Of a stretch of 64,000 nt of DNA, positions 48,801-59,449 are shown piece by piece. The position numbers and the translations under genes were made by a program. The stretch's first letter is position 1. Each line of letters begins with the position of its first letter. The stretch covers positions 32,001 to 96,000 of the IMG/VR virus record IMGVR_UViG_3300017917_003388. One strand, 5' to 3'. The DNA is from a virus. Below the pieces are notes generated by a model that saw only the letters and a program-made list of their open reading frames with translations, was not told the DNA's origin and did not search any database.

Positions 48801-50776
48801 GATATTAATTGAGGTATATTTTTAGGTGGAGGTAAAGCTGCTAATTTTCCTTTATCATATAATTGAGATTTCCCTGAATAATTCCAGAAAAATGTATTAC
48901 TAACATCTACTAATTTATTTTCATATAATATTTTGTCTCTTTTTATTTCACCAACAGCGTTTTTATTTTTAGGTGAATATGCTAAAAATTCAGTTCTTGA
49001 ACCTACAAATTGTTTAGAATTTAATTTTAAATTAGGGTTGGTTATAGCATTATACCCTATATCTATGTGTTGAGATGCAATTTCTTTTGAAATTTTTTTA
49101 GCATTTTGATATGCTATGATAGCGGTTTCCCTATCAACTATATTAGTCCAATCTTTATAATTTCTAAACACTGGTTCATATTGACCTGGACTTAATATTA
49201 TATCTTTTAATGTTTTTCCATAAGTCCCAGCATTTAATCTATTATATATAGATTGAGCTACATCTGATATTCCCTGTGGATAATATATATAATTTTCAGC
49301 TACACAAATTGCTATTAATGTCCATAAATCTTCATCAGGAGTAGATGAATAAAATGATTTTAATTGATCTATGGATGTGTTAGTTTTTTGATTTTTAGAT
49401 AAATTTAATGGATTGTTGTATATTTCATCACCTTTAGATATAGCTATAGATTCTATAGTTACTAACCATTCATTATTTTCGATCTTATGTATTATATTTT
49501 TTATTAAAAATTCAACATTATCTGAGTAATTAACAGGTAAAAATTCAGTATCAACTGAAAATTTATTGTATATTTTCATACCTGATAACCCATCCATTGT
49601 TAAAGATAAATTAAAAGGTATAAATCCAGTTGATGGGGAGAATATATTTGTATTTTTACCTTGTTTATTCAAATATGCTTGTTGCCATTGTTGTCTATAA
49701 TCTAATATGTTAGTTAATACATCTTTATATGTTTCTGCTTCTCCTAAAGTAAATTGACCTGGATTATTTGATAATTTACCTATGTATTTCAAATAACTAA
49801 GATAAGTCCCAGCATATTTATTTTTTATAGCATTATATTCTGCTTCTTTTAGAGTTTCACCAAATTTATATTTATTATTACCTATAGTAATAGTATTAGT
49901 TAATTCAGATATCCCGTTACTTTCTGTTTCTGATTTACCTTGAGTAATGTTTTCTTTAAATCTATCTACTAAACCTATATTAAATTTGGAAAAAGCTGTT
50001 GAATTTTCTCCTACTACTTCACTATTTGCAGTTGCACCTACTGTTAACATAGTGGATAATTCAGGAGTAATTTCAGTAGTTAATGAAAAATTCTTAATAA
50101 AAGATGCACTTCCAGTACCATTTATATTATTATAACCGTAAAGGTCAAATAATGCTATTTGGCTTGGGATGTTATATCCTTCACTATTTAATATTTTAAT
50201 AACTTGTTCTAAATGAGGTATAGGATTAGAATCTCTAACTATTATAGTATTAGTTATTTCATCTATAGTAGCTTCTAATTTAACATTTCCCCCTAATGCG
50301 CTATTAATATTAGATAATAATGAATTTAATAAATCTACAAGTACTACCTTATTAGTAGATGCATTTTTTAATTCATCTAATTTAGTTAATACCCATGACA
50401 TACTTATATATATGTTCATTATTCTACCATATACTGTATTAGGTATGGTTGATAATAATTGACTATCAAATAATTCACCTTTACCATGAGTTATACTACG
50501 ATTTACTTGAGAAAAATTTGAGTCTAAACAATTTATATTTCTATTTAAAACACATATAGTAGGATCAAGACTAGTTTGATCAGCATTTATATACATTATA
50601 TTAGATTCAATATCGTAATTAAATTTCAATAAAGGAGTAGAAATATTTTGAGTTTCAACTTGGTACATTATATCTGTTTCTAAAAACTCTAGAAATGCTC
50701 CTAATCGAACATAAAATATTTCTTGTTCGCCCCCATTATTATTTCTAAATGTTAGTGATATTGAATCTATTGCCAT
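48797..50776 (-). CDS. Baseplate hub-like protein with a C-terminal SleB/Hydrolase_2 cell wall hydrolase
   Basis: LSLTMDGLSG; VAEN...DVAQSIYNR...IILSPGQYEP. Confidence 0.65.
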   Translation of the reverse strand: MAIDSISLTFRNNNGGEQEIFYVRLGAFLEFLETDIMYQVETQNISTPLLKFNYDIESNIMYINADQTSLDPTICVLNRNINCLDSNFSQVNRSITHGKGELFDSQLLSTIPNTVYGRIMNIYISMSWVLTKLDELKNASTNKVVLVDLLNSLLSNINSALGGNVKLEATIDEITNTIIVRDSNPIPHLEQVIKILNSEGYNIPSQIALFDLYGYNNINGTGSASFIKNFSLTTEITPELSTMLTVGATANSEVVGENSTAFSKFNIGLVDRFKENITQGKSETESNGISELTNTITIGNNKYKFGETLKEAEYNAIKNKYAGTYLSYLKYIGKLSNNPGQFTLGEAETYKDVLTNILDYRQQWQQAYLNKQGKNTNIFSPSTGFIPFNLSLTMDGLSGMKIYNKFSVDTEFLPVNYSDNVEFLIKNIIHKIENNEWLVTIESIAISKGDEIYNNPLNLSKNQKTNTSIDQLKSFYSSTPDEDLWTLIAICVAENYIYYPQGISDVAQSIYNRLNAGTYGKTLKDIILSPGQYEPVFRNYKDWTNIVDRETAIIAYQNAKKISKEIASQHIDIGYNAITNPNLKLNSKQFVGSRTEFLAYSPKNKNAVGEIKRDKILYENKLVDVSNTFFWNYSGKSQLYDKGKLAALPPPKNIPQLIS

Positions 50777-50819
50777 TTTCTAATACTTTATATTTAATTT
50801 TGGGTTACTTATGATTCAA

Positions 50820-51851
50820 TTATTTATAATTATAAGATGCCTTTTTACCTATATTGATTACCTCATCTTGTTTTCTATTTTGTAAAGCTATATATTCTGA
50901 GGTTGATGTTATTTCTGATTTTAATTTGTAAAAATATTGACCTATTGTATTTTTATTTGCGTAAAGATCTATTATTTCAATGGGGGTTAGGTTTGTATCT
51001 TCATTATTTACTAAATTCGATGGATTATTTATACCATTTATTAAAGCGTTTACTTTAAATGATTCTACCACATCTCCTATACTTACTAAATTTAAAGTAA
51101 TATCATAACTACCATCAGGTAAAAATGACCATTGAAAATTAGATACTTTAGCAAACATAGCATCATAATTTCCATTACTTTTAATTCTTTGTTCTTGGAT
51201 TAAATCCAAAAATTTATCATAAGTTAAATATACAAAAGGACCTGGTTTTTTCCCCTCTAAAAAATAATCTGCTAAACTATTGTTAATATCTGAACCTCTA
51301 TTTAGAGTTCCAGTATTATCATAATACATTGAATGACCCCATTCTAATAACACATTGAATCCTAATCTTAAATATAGAATATCTATAATATCAAATTGAA
51401 TTTTATTAAATGCTTTAATTTTTACAATTGCTCTACGTATTGAACCTCTATTTTCATGTTTTACTTCAACAGATTGTATACCCATCATTGGTACTAATCC
51501 ATATTCATTTCCCCCTATTCCATATACTGCGTTTTCACCTAATATTGAATTATTCAATGATAAACCATGTCTTTGATTAGAAGGAGACTCATTAGTACCA
51601 TTAAATAATACAAATTGTTTAGCTAAACTATTTTTTCTGTCTATTTTTAATTTATTTAAAGATGTATTAATTAAATTAGAAGTAGAAACAACATCTACAG
51701 ATGATACTAGTTTACACCATGATGTATTACTATTTAAATACGATATTTCATCAAGATTTCTTCTTTCTATATATCCTGAACCATATATTTTTTGTCGTTG
51801 TTTTATTTGTTCTATAATGGTTTCATTAAATCCTTCACCTACTATATTCAT
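50820..51851 (-). CDS. Baseplate hub-like protein, N-terminal part
   Basis: GSIRRAIVKIKA...LYLRLGFNVLLEWG...VSNFQW. Confidence 0.6.
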   Translation of the reverse strand: MNIVGEGFNETIIEQIKQRQKIYGSGYIERRNLDEISYLNSNTSWCKLVSSVDVVSTSNLINTSLNKLKIDRKNSLAKQFVLFNGTNESPSNQRHGLSLNNSILGENAVYGIGGNEYGLVPMMGIQSVEVKHENRGSIRRAIVKIKAFNKIQFDIIDILYLRLGFNVLLEWGHSMYYDNTGTLNRGSDINNSLADYFLEGKKPGPFVYLTYDKFLDLIQEQRIKSNGNYDAMFAKVSNFQWSFLPDGSYDITLNLVSIGDVVESFKVNALINGINNPSNLVNNEDTNLTPIEIIDLYANKNTIGQYFYKLKSEITSTSEYIALQNRKQDEVINIGKKASYNYK

Positions 51852-51861
51852 AACTTTATTT

Positions 51862-52188
51862 TTATGCGTTATTTATTCTTCTAAATTCAGATACAACATT
51901 TGGGTAATTAGCTGGGATTCTAATCTGACATGCTTCTGGGATTATGAGTGAATCTTGGGGAAAATCAGATGGTAATGAAGTACCAGCTATCGCTGTATTA
52001 GCAATAGATATAACCCACCATAATGATTGATCTTTATAATATTGTAAAGATAAAGTATCAAATCTATCTCCTTGAGATGAATATACATATTCATCATTTT
52101 CTGAAAGTGGAACCTCAGGATAACGAGATGTTTGATATATTAATTTATTATCTATTTTTATAAGGGGTATTGATTGATATCTATTCAT
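51862..52188 (-). CDS. LysM-like baseplate wedge/tail protein
   Basis: GDRFDTLSLQYY...LWWVISIAN...QIRIP. Confidence 0.75.
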   Translation of the reverse strand: MNRYQSIPLIKIDNKLIYQTSRYPEVPLSENDEYVYSSQGDRFDTLSLQYYKDQSLWWVISIANTAIAGTSLPSDFPQDSLIIPEACQIRIPANYPNVVSEFRRINNA

Positions 52189-52197
52189 ATAAAAAAT

Positions 52198-54201
52198 TTA
52201 TTTAAAAGGAACAGGCCATGGATCATTATAATTATTATTTATTGCTTGTAATGATATATATTTTTCATTTACATTAACATCACCATTTCCTATAACTTTT
52301 CTAGGTACAAATTGATGAATAGGGATAAAGTTAAAACCTTTTACTCTAACAATATGTGGTAATTCTTTAACCGAATCATCTGATATTCCTTCTTCATTTA
52401 TACCTATTTCCCAAGTGTCATTTTCATCATTCATTTCATATGTAAATCCAGTAATTATCCCTGGTTGTTCATATAAATACCCCCCTATAGTTAACGTTAT
52501 TATATTTCCTCTCATATATCCATTAGCACTGTAATCTGGGGCACAAACTGAAGCTAGATAATTTAATTTTTTATACATAGGTATAAGCTCAATTTTAGAT
52601 TGAGCCGCTACTGTCCAAGATAATGAAATTTTTCTATCAAACAACTTATATTTATATAAATTTTCTCCTCTTCCAATATATTGATTAGTATTATATTCTG
52701 ATATATATTGATCTGAAATTTGGTCTAGAAATGCTCTAAAATGAATATATTTTTTACTCTGAGCATCTATATCATATACTCCGATTCTAAATTTAACTAA
52801 GTCATTTCCTATATTATCTGGATTTACTCCTTCTACTTGACTATCATATATTCTAATTGTGTTTATTTTGTCAAAAGAATTAAATGAAGCTGCTCCTGAA
52901 AATCCTCCACTAACATAAGAATCTAGGTTTTTACCAGATTTATATCCTGGATCACCTAATTTTACTCTTTGTTCTATATTTTTAAAATTATAGTCAGGAG
53001 CGTTAGATAAATTACCTATTTCTTTGGATAGATTTTTTTGATATTGAGTTAGATCAATATTATTTCTAATTATTTTTCTAAAATCTGAGGGTAATATAGG
53101 ACCTTGACTGTATAATTCTTCACTTCTAACACTACCTATTAAATTTTGATCATATGTTATAATTCCTTTTTCATAAGTTAAATTGGAAATTACATTTTTA
53201 TCCACAAAATCAGATAATGTAGAATCAGGAATGTTTAATTGTCCTACATTTCGAATATTACTATCTATCTCTCCTTCATTTGTAAATCCATTAGATTTAG
53301 AAGTAATAGGTATTACTGATGGAAAGTAATTATTATATTTATTACTTAATCCTAGTAATTTATTACCATTTATATATACTAATGGACGTTTAAATACAGA
53401 GTAATCTAAACTATATGTAACACTATCTACATTTTGAGGACCAAATTCACCATCATTATTCAATGAATATGATGTTTTAAAAAATCCTGAATTTTTTAGG
53501 TTTAAATTATTTAGACCTGTTCTTTGATCAGCAAATCTGATATTTGTTTTTCCTATACCCAGTTCAGAATCTGGTCCTCCAGGATATGACAATAATATAT
53601 TTTCATCAGGTGATATATTACTAATTTTAGCAAAATTATTACCTATAGAATCATATGAACCTGATATTTTAGATTGTTGTAATGCTACTAATCTATTTTT
53701 TAATATACCATCAGGAGAATTAGAAGCATCTTCATTATAAAGACGCATTCTAACAGCATATAAATTATCATTATTAGAATAAGGACCTGTTTCTTCAAAT
53801 GGATTTATTCCTTGTTTATTCAAATGAAGTCCAAATGCACTTACTCCTATTTGTGCTAAAGTATTTAATGGTGTGTATATACCTTCATTTAAAATTCCAC
53901 TAGTCTGTGTTTTAACTGCTGTTCTAGAAAGTAAATTTTGTTTTGCAGTAAATAAAAGACCACTTGGGTTTTTAAAATCTGTAAAATATTTTGTTAACCT
54001 TGCTATGTCATTTATTGTAGCTAAAGGAGCACCAACTGGTCCTCCACGTAAAATAAAATCATTCCCTAAAAAATCATAAACTGAAGGAAGGTCGAGATCT
54101 AATGGCTTTTGAATATAAGGCTGATTAGAAGACCCACCTCCAGGTTGATCTTTTCCAAATTTAAGAGATGTAAGGTTTGATTTTAAATTAATTAATGGCA
54201 T
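52198..54201 (-). CDS. Baseplate/tail tube initiator-like structural protein
   Basis: C-terminal FRAF...YIGRGE...LTIGGY; context. Confidence 0.6.
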   Translation of the reverse strand: MPLINLKSNLTSLKFGKDQPGGGSSNQPYIQKPLDLDLPSVYDFLGNDFILRGGPVGAPLATINDIARLTKYFTDFKNPSGLLFTAKQNLLSRTAVKTQTSGILNEGIYTPLNTLAQIGVSAFGLHLNKQGINPFEETGPYSNNDNLYAVRMRLYNEDASNSPDGILKNRLVALQQSKISGSYDSIGNNFAKISNISPDENILLSYPGGPDSELGIGKTNIRFADQRTGLNNLNLKNSGFFKTSYSLNNDGEFGPQNVDSVTYSLDYSVFKRPLVYINGNKLLGLSNKYNNYFPSVIPITSKSNGFTNEGEIDSNIRNVGQLNIPDSTLSDFVDKNVISNLTYEKGIITYDQNLIGSVRSEELYSQGPILPSDFRKIIRNNIDLTQYQKNLSKEIGNLSNAPDYNFKNIEQRVKLGDPGYKSGKNLDSYVSGGFSGAASFNSFDKINTIRIYDSQVEGVNPDNIGNDLVKFRIGVYDIDAQSKKYIHFRAFLDQISDQYISEYNTNQYIGRGENLYKYKLFDRKISLSWTVAAQSKIELIPMYKKLNYLASVCAPDYSANGYMRGNIITLTIGGYLYEQPGIITGFTYEMNDENDTWEIGINEEGISDDSVKELPHIVRVKGFNFIPIHQFVPRKVIGNGDVNVNEKYISLQAINNNYNDPWPVPFK

Positions 54202-54527
54202 TAACCTGGAAAGTTATTTAGGTATTGTCCTTGTGAAAAACTATCATTTATTGAAGGAATATTAGGGTCACTTAATGGACCTAATGGAACATCACCATTT
54301 ATATCTAACAATGATGGTTGAGGTAAAAAATTACCATATCCATCATTATATGATTGATATGCATCATTTACTTCTCCAAATTCAGAACCATCTAATGAAT
54401 ACCCAGGAGCATTCCCATTGGCATGTAATTTAGATTGAGCAGTAGCACCAGGATTTATAGAAGGAGTTTCTCCATTACCATATGAAAATGGTGATCCTTG
54501 ATTAATTAATTTGTTTAAAAGTCCCAT
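54201..54527 (-). CDS. Hypothetical structural protein
   Basis: ORF track; late-type motif upstream. Confidence 0.65.
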   Translation of the reverse strand: MGLLNKLINQGSPFSYGNGETPSINPGATAQSKLHANGNAPGYSLDGSEFGEVNDAYQSYNDGYGNFLPQPSLLDINGDVPLGPLSDPNIPSINDSFSQGQYLNNFPG

Positions 54528-54557
54528 GTTTGAATTTTTTATTATAAATATCTGATA

Positions 54558-56876
54558 TTATTGAATTTTATAAGTATTCATGGCAATAGATGTACCAAAT
54601 CTAGTACCATCAACTGAATTTTCAATTGTTATTGGTTTATTAATGTATCTAGATTGTTCTTGTCTTAATAATTTTATTTCATCTAATAATGGATTCATAT
54701 CTATATTAACTACGGGAGATGGTTTATTGTTTTTCCCCAAATTAGTTCCTGCAATTATTGTGTCTTCATTATTTAATGATATAGATCCTTTAGGAGTAAG
54801 TAAAGTTCTATTTCCATATCCCCCTTCAGATACCATATCATCTGCTTTTATTTGGTTTTGACTAGATACAATCATAGCCATCATTCCTGCTGTTGCAGCT
54901 GCTGCTATGCCTAATCCTACTGGGCCAAGAATAGCGCTACCAAAGAATATACTAGAAATAGCGGTTGCTATACTTTTTACAGCTAAACCGGTAATTACTG
55001 TTTGTAATGCTAATAAACCAACTTTAGTTTCAAGTATTTTAGATACTATAGATGAAAATGCATTTATTATAGGTAATATAGGTTGAATTAAACCAACAAA
55101 TGCTTCTTTTAATTTATCTACAGTCATCAACATTTTTTCTTGAATTGATTGTTGTTTTAATTGAGTAGCATATTGTTCATCTCCTAGCATTGTAACTGCT
55201 TTATCATATCCATATTTATCTACTAATATATCAAATTGTTTTTTAGCAGATTCAGCATCTTTAACTCCTATCTTAGATAATGCTTCTCTTTCAATTAATG
55301 AAGCAGCTAATTCTTCTCGACTCATACCTACAGCTTTAGCTAATGCTTCTTGTTGAATACGATTCATTTTAGTAAATTCAGATGAACCCTTTACTTGTTT
55401 CAAAATTTCAGCACTTGCTCCAGCTATATCACCATTTATTGCTAATAATCTAGCTCTTTCTAAATTCAAATTTTTACCAGTGATTAATTCAGCTGATAAT
55501 TCATTAGTTATTGATGATTCAAAATTTAATAAATTTTCTGCTATTTTATCAGCTTGATCTAAATTAATACCAAATTGTTTTGCTTGAAAAGCAGATTCAG
55601 CTAATCCTTTAGTTGTTCCACCAACTGATAATTTAATAGCAGCAGAAGTATTGGCTACTTCTTTTAACAATTGTTTTTCATTTATTGTTAATTTATTCTG
55701 CGCATTTAAAGCTGCTACTGTACCTAAAAATTGTTTAGTATTATCTTTTAAATTACCACCAGTTGATAGTGTTAATTTTTGTATACCAATTAATTCTTCA
55801 TTGGTATAACCAGCCATTTCTCTTAATTCAGTAAATGTTTCTAAATCTGCCCTATTTAAAACAGCATTAGACCCTAATGATTTACCTACAGCAACTAATG
55901 TTTCTTGTAAAGTTTTACTATTTAATGCTATATTGTTAGAATCAATACTAGATTTAGATAATTCATTTCTTAAATTAGAAGCTTGATTATATGTTAAATT
56001 AAAATCTTTAGCTAAATCCCCAGTAAGTTTATCTATTCCTATAAGAATATTTAAACCTTCTTTTAATAATGTTAAAGGACCAAAAGCTTTAATCAATAAT
56101 GGTCCTAATTCTTTAAGTCCAGCCATTATTGGGTTCATAGATTTTTCAGCGGCTGATGTAATACCTAAAGTTCTTGCCCTTGCAGCTGCTGCTGCTCCCA
56201 TTAATGTATTACCATTTCTATCTACTAAACCAAGTTGTTTAGCAAATTCTGCTGTTAATCCTCTCCCTGTTTTTAAACTTTGTAATTGAGCTTTAGTTAT
56301 ACCATTAGCATTCCCAAATGTTATCTGATTTTGAGTTGCCATTTTTTCAGCTGCTTGAGCTGCATCTTTAAATACACTTGAAAATCTATTTAAACCTGGA
56401 AGTTTAGAAGTTATATCTGATATTGCACCGAATATTTTGGTTCCTATATTTTCACTTATAGGTTTTAATTCATCTGATAATCTTCGAGTATTACTTATTA
56501 ATTCTTCTGAATTAAATATTAGATCATTATATGAATCTATTATTGATAATAAGGCTAATTTTTCAGCTCTAGTAGCTAATGGTAGTCTTTGTAGTAAAAT
56601 ATCTCTTTGACGAGTTAAACCTACTAATTCTTTTTGGACCTGATTTAGTTGAGTTTCTAATTTTAATCTATCTTTATAATTAGATAATGATTGTTTATTA
56701 GTTTTGGATAATTCTTCAGTTAATTTTTTAGTTTTAGAAATAGAAGGATCAAACCCCTTAGCAGCATCACCAGTAAGTTGTGCTAATAACTTAGCGTTAT
56801 TTTTAATTTGTTCTTGTAATGTTTCAAATGCTGATTTCAGTTCAGCAGCTGACTGACCTAAATTATCTAAATCCAT
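54558..56876 (-). CDS. Tape measure protein
   Basis: Long Ala/Leu-rich helical protein with a hydrophobic stretch, downstream of tube and chaperone. Confidence 0.8.
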   Translation of the reverse strand: MDLDNLGQSAAELKSAFETLQEQIKNNAKLLAQLTGDAAKGFDPSISKTKKLTEELSKTNKQSLSNYKDRLKLETQLNQVQKELVGLTRQRDILLQRLPLATRAEKLALLSIIDSYNDLIFNSEELISNTRRLSDELKPISENIGTKIFGAISDITSKLPGLNRFSSVFKDAAQAAEKMATQNQITFGNANGITKAQLQSLKTGRGLTAEFAKQLGLVDRNGNTLMGAAAAARARTLGITSAAEKSMNPIMAGLKELGPLLIKAFGPLTLLKEGLNILIGIDKLTGDLAKDFNLTYNQASNLRNELSKSSIDSNNIALNSKTLQETLVAVGKSLGSNAVLNRADLETFTELREMAGYTNEELIGIQKLTLSTGGNLKDNTKQFLGTVAALNAQNKLTINEKQLLKEVANTSAAIKLSVGGTTKGLAESAFQAKQFGINLDQADKIAENLLNFESSITNELSAELITGKNLNLERARLLAINGDIAGASAEILKQVKGSSEFTKMNRIQQEALAKAVGMSREELAASLIEREALSKIGVKDAESAKKQFDILVDKYGYDKAVTMLGDEQYATQLKQQSIQEKMLMTVDKLKEAFVGLIQPILPIINAFSSIVSKILETKVGLLALQTVITGLAVKSIATAISSIFFGSAILGPVGLGIAAAATAGMMAMIVSSQNQIKADDMVSEGGYGNRTLLTPKGSISLNNEDTIIAGTNLGKNNKPSPVVNIDMNPLLDEIKLLRQEQSRYINKPITIENSVDGTRFGTSIAMNTYKIQ

Positions 56877-56900
56877 TATTTATATTTAATTATAAATATT

Positions 56901-57201
56901 CTAATATTTAACCTTTTTTGATTTTGATAATTCACTCCAAGCTTGATGATTTATTTCCCCAGATGATTCCATAAGGATTGATTTAGATTTATTAGATTTA
57001 GAATTCAAATTTTCAATTTGTTCTGCTTCTTTTCTATAAAAATCATTTATTTTACTAAAAGTAAATTGACGTAACCATCTAGGCATGTTATATACCGTTT
57101 CCCAATCATATCCTCCTTTTCCATGAAAACAAATTTCATGAATTTGAGTAAATAGATTTGCTCTTACTACATCAACGTTTTTAGAATTCAGGCCAAAAAA
57201 A
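56901..57201 (-). CDS. Tail chaperone frameshift extension (gpGT-like)
   Basis: Overlaps the upstream gene at a T7 run; no convincing start of its own. Confidence 0.6.
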
Positions 57202-57900
57202 TCTAATCCCAATTGGGATATCGACTCTATTTTCATAACCATCGGGAAAAAAAGTAAGATCAACATCTGGTTGAACTTCTTTTATATATTTTCTTAATTC
57301 TTTAGAATCTCGAGCTAATAAATGATTATCTACAAATTCTCGAATTGTTTTTGTTTCTCGATCTCCATTAACTGAAGTAATCATATATTTCAGACGAGTG
57401 GATAATTCAGGAGATAATGTCTTATTAATTTTTTTTAACCCATCTAATTCTGCTTGAATTTTTTTTTCATCACCATGAGTTAAAATTTTAAAAGTAATTT
57501 CAGTTCCTGTTGATGGTAAAGTATATCTAAATTCATTTGAACCTTTATTATGATATTCAAACGGTTTGTTATTTATCTGACTTAAATCTACAGTATATTC
57601 TTGTCCATCATATTCAAATGAATAATCTTTACCATACCCTAAAATACGCGCAGCAACCATTATTGCATTTTTATCTCCTATAATTAAATCATCATAATTT
57701 ATTTTAGAAACAATAAGAGATTGTAATAATTTATCTAAAACTGTACCATTTTCAATATATGACTTATTTGTAAGTATATCTTCATGCTTAGCAGTCATGT
57801 ATCTCATTTCTATAACTCCTTTAGATAAAGGATTATCTAATGAATATAATAAACCTTTTGATGGTAATTCTATTTCTTCAGTTGCAAATTCTTTTTCCAT
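57181..57900 (-). CDS. Tail/baseplate assembly chaperone
   Basis: LPSKG...MTAKHEDIL...DK.AI..AAR..GYG; ends FFWPEF; between tube and tape measure. Confidence 0.7.
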   Translation of the reverse strand: MEKEFATEEIELPSKGLLYSLDNPLSKGVIEMRYMTAKHEDILTNKSYIENGTVLDKLLQSLIVSKINYDDLIIGDKNAIMVAARILGYGKDYSFEYDGQEYTVDLSQINNKPFEYHNKGSNEFRYTLPSTGTEITFKILTHGDEKKIQAELDGLKKINKTLSPELSTRLKYMITSVNGDRETKTIREFVDNHLLARDSKELRKYIKEVQPDVDLTFFPDGYENRVDIPIGIRFFWPEF

Positions 57901-57941
57901 AAATTTTATTTAATGTAACTTATTTTATTATAAATATAATA

Positions 57942-57975
57942 AAAAAAAGAAACTCATCAAGTTTAAATGAGTTCT
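57942..57975 (-). terminator. Intrinsic terminator
   Basis: AACTCAT...ATGAGTT stem followed by a T8 run. Confidence 0.6.
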
Positions 57976-58799
57976 CGTTTAAGTATTTCTATAATTTGTT
58001 GAGGATTATTTTTTATATCATTTTCCCAAAATCTAAGTAATTTAAAATCATTATCTTGAGCCCATTGATTTTTTTGTTGATCACGTTTAAGATTTTTTTC
58101 TTGAGTTTTACATATTGGACCATCTGGATATTTTATGGGATTACAATGGTAAAAATCTCCATCTACTTCAATAATAGTATTATATTTAGGTAAATAAAAA
58201 TCATAGAATGCTTTAATTTGTTTAACATAATATGAACGTATATTTTCTATATTTAATTTATCTAAAAAATTTTTTTGAAACTTATATTCTAATTTGGAAA
58301 TGTGTAATTTATCTTCTTTTACAATTCGGTTTATAGCCGAGTTGCTCATTTTTTCTTTGGTCTTTTTTGAGTGTTTTCTTCCTATACCAAATCCTTCAGG
58401 TTTGGGTTTAGGTATTCCTTTAGCTCCTTTAGATATATTTTTTCCTAAAGTTGGTTGTTTTCTATTTTCTTTAACAGCATTTCTGATATAATCATATTCA
58501 CCTGATTCGAATTTAGCTTTACGAGTTGATTTAATTTTATTTACTCTATCTGGATTGTTCCAATCACCCCAATGTCCTTCTTTTCTTGAATTATGACCTA
58601 CTATAAATTCAAAAAAATCCCCGTTTTTAGGATTATAATTTGTGAAAGACTTACAACCACATTCACATAACGGATTTTTCCCGTTATATTTAGTTTGGAT
58701 AAGATATTCTGGAAATTTTAGTTTATGGATAAAAGAAGTATGTTTACTTAACTTTTGTTGTTTATCGGTTTCGTAATCACATAGTTGACATTTAAGCAT
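57963..58799 (-). mobile_element. Free-standing endonuclease (Zn finger, NUMOD3, Vsr/DUF559-like)
   Basis: CECGC; YDFYLP...IEVDGDFYH...LRFWE. Confidence 0.8.
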
Positions 58800-58802
58800 A
58801 AA

Positions 58803-58841
58803 GAATTCCTTTCGTTTATTATAAATATTCGAAAGGAATTC
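58803..58841 (-). promoter_or_regulatory. 12-bp hairpin over the HEG translation start region, with the ATATTTAT motif in its loop
   Basis: GAATTCCTTTCG-AATATTTATAATAAA-CGAAAGGAATTC-TTT-ATG. Confidence 0.75.
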
Positions 58842-58870
58842 AAAATCGACTTGGACTGTTGTTTTTTTAA

Positions 58871-59359
58871 CTAAAAGTTCAAAATTGCGTAATCTAGTCC
58901 CAAGTTAACTGTGATTTCTTGTGCTGCTGCTTCATCATCCCAACTATAATCACCAAATTTAGCAGATTTAATAAATGCACCTTTGATAATCCATTCTGAA
59001 ATGATATCTCCTACAGGTCCCAAGATGTTAATAGTTACATCTTTTTTATAAAAATCTGAATAACCATCACGGCCTGTAACAGATTCGTGATGTAAACGTA
59101 CCCATTCCATTACAGCCTGAGCACCTGATGGTGTGATAGGATCAAATAGTGTCATTTCAATATCATCCCATAATGCTTTACCCTTGATTTTACGATAAAC
59201 ATTGATATGATTTAATTTTATTTCATCCATAGTAACCCCAACAGGGCTTACTTTTTTAATTGTATATGAAGGAATACCATCTACATACATAATAAAACGA
59301 TTTTTAACTTTCGGTTCAAATGCAGTAAAAAATATTTCATTCGGTGATAAAATTGCCAT
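58871..59359 (-). CDS. Tail tube protein
   Basis: EPKVKNRF...W..IEMTL.D...EW.IKGAF; follows sheath. Confidence 0.85.
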   Translation of the reverse strand: MAILSPNEIFFTAFEPKVKNRFIMYVDGIPSYTIKKVSPVGVTMDEIKLNHINVYRKIKGKALWDDIEMTLFDPITPSGAQAVMEWVRLHHESVTGRDGYSDFYKKDVTINILGPVGDIISEWIIKGAFIKSAKFGDYSWDDEAAAQEITVNLGLDYAILNF

Positions 59360-59399
59360 TTTCTTTTAATTTTTATTTTATTATAAATATGTAATGTTT

Positions 59400-59436
59400 T
59401 AAAAAATCTTCCCCCCATTTTCATAGGGAGAAGATA
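59400..59436 (-). terminator. Intrinsic terminator after sheath
   Basis: ATCTTCTCCC...GGGGGAAGAT followed by a T-run on the minus strand. Confidence 0.65.
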
Positions 59437-59449
59437 TTTTCATTTTTAT

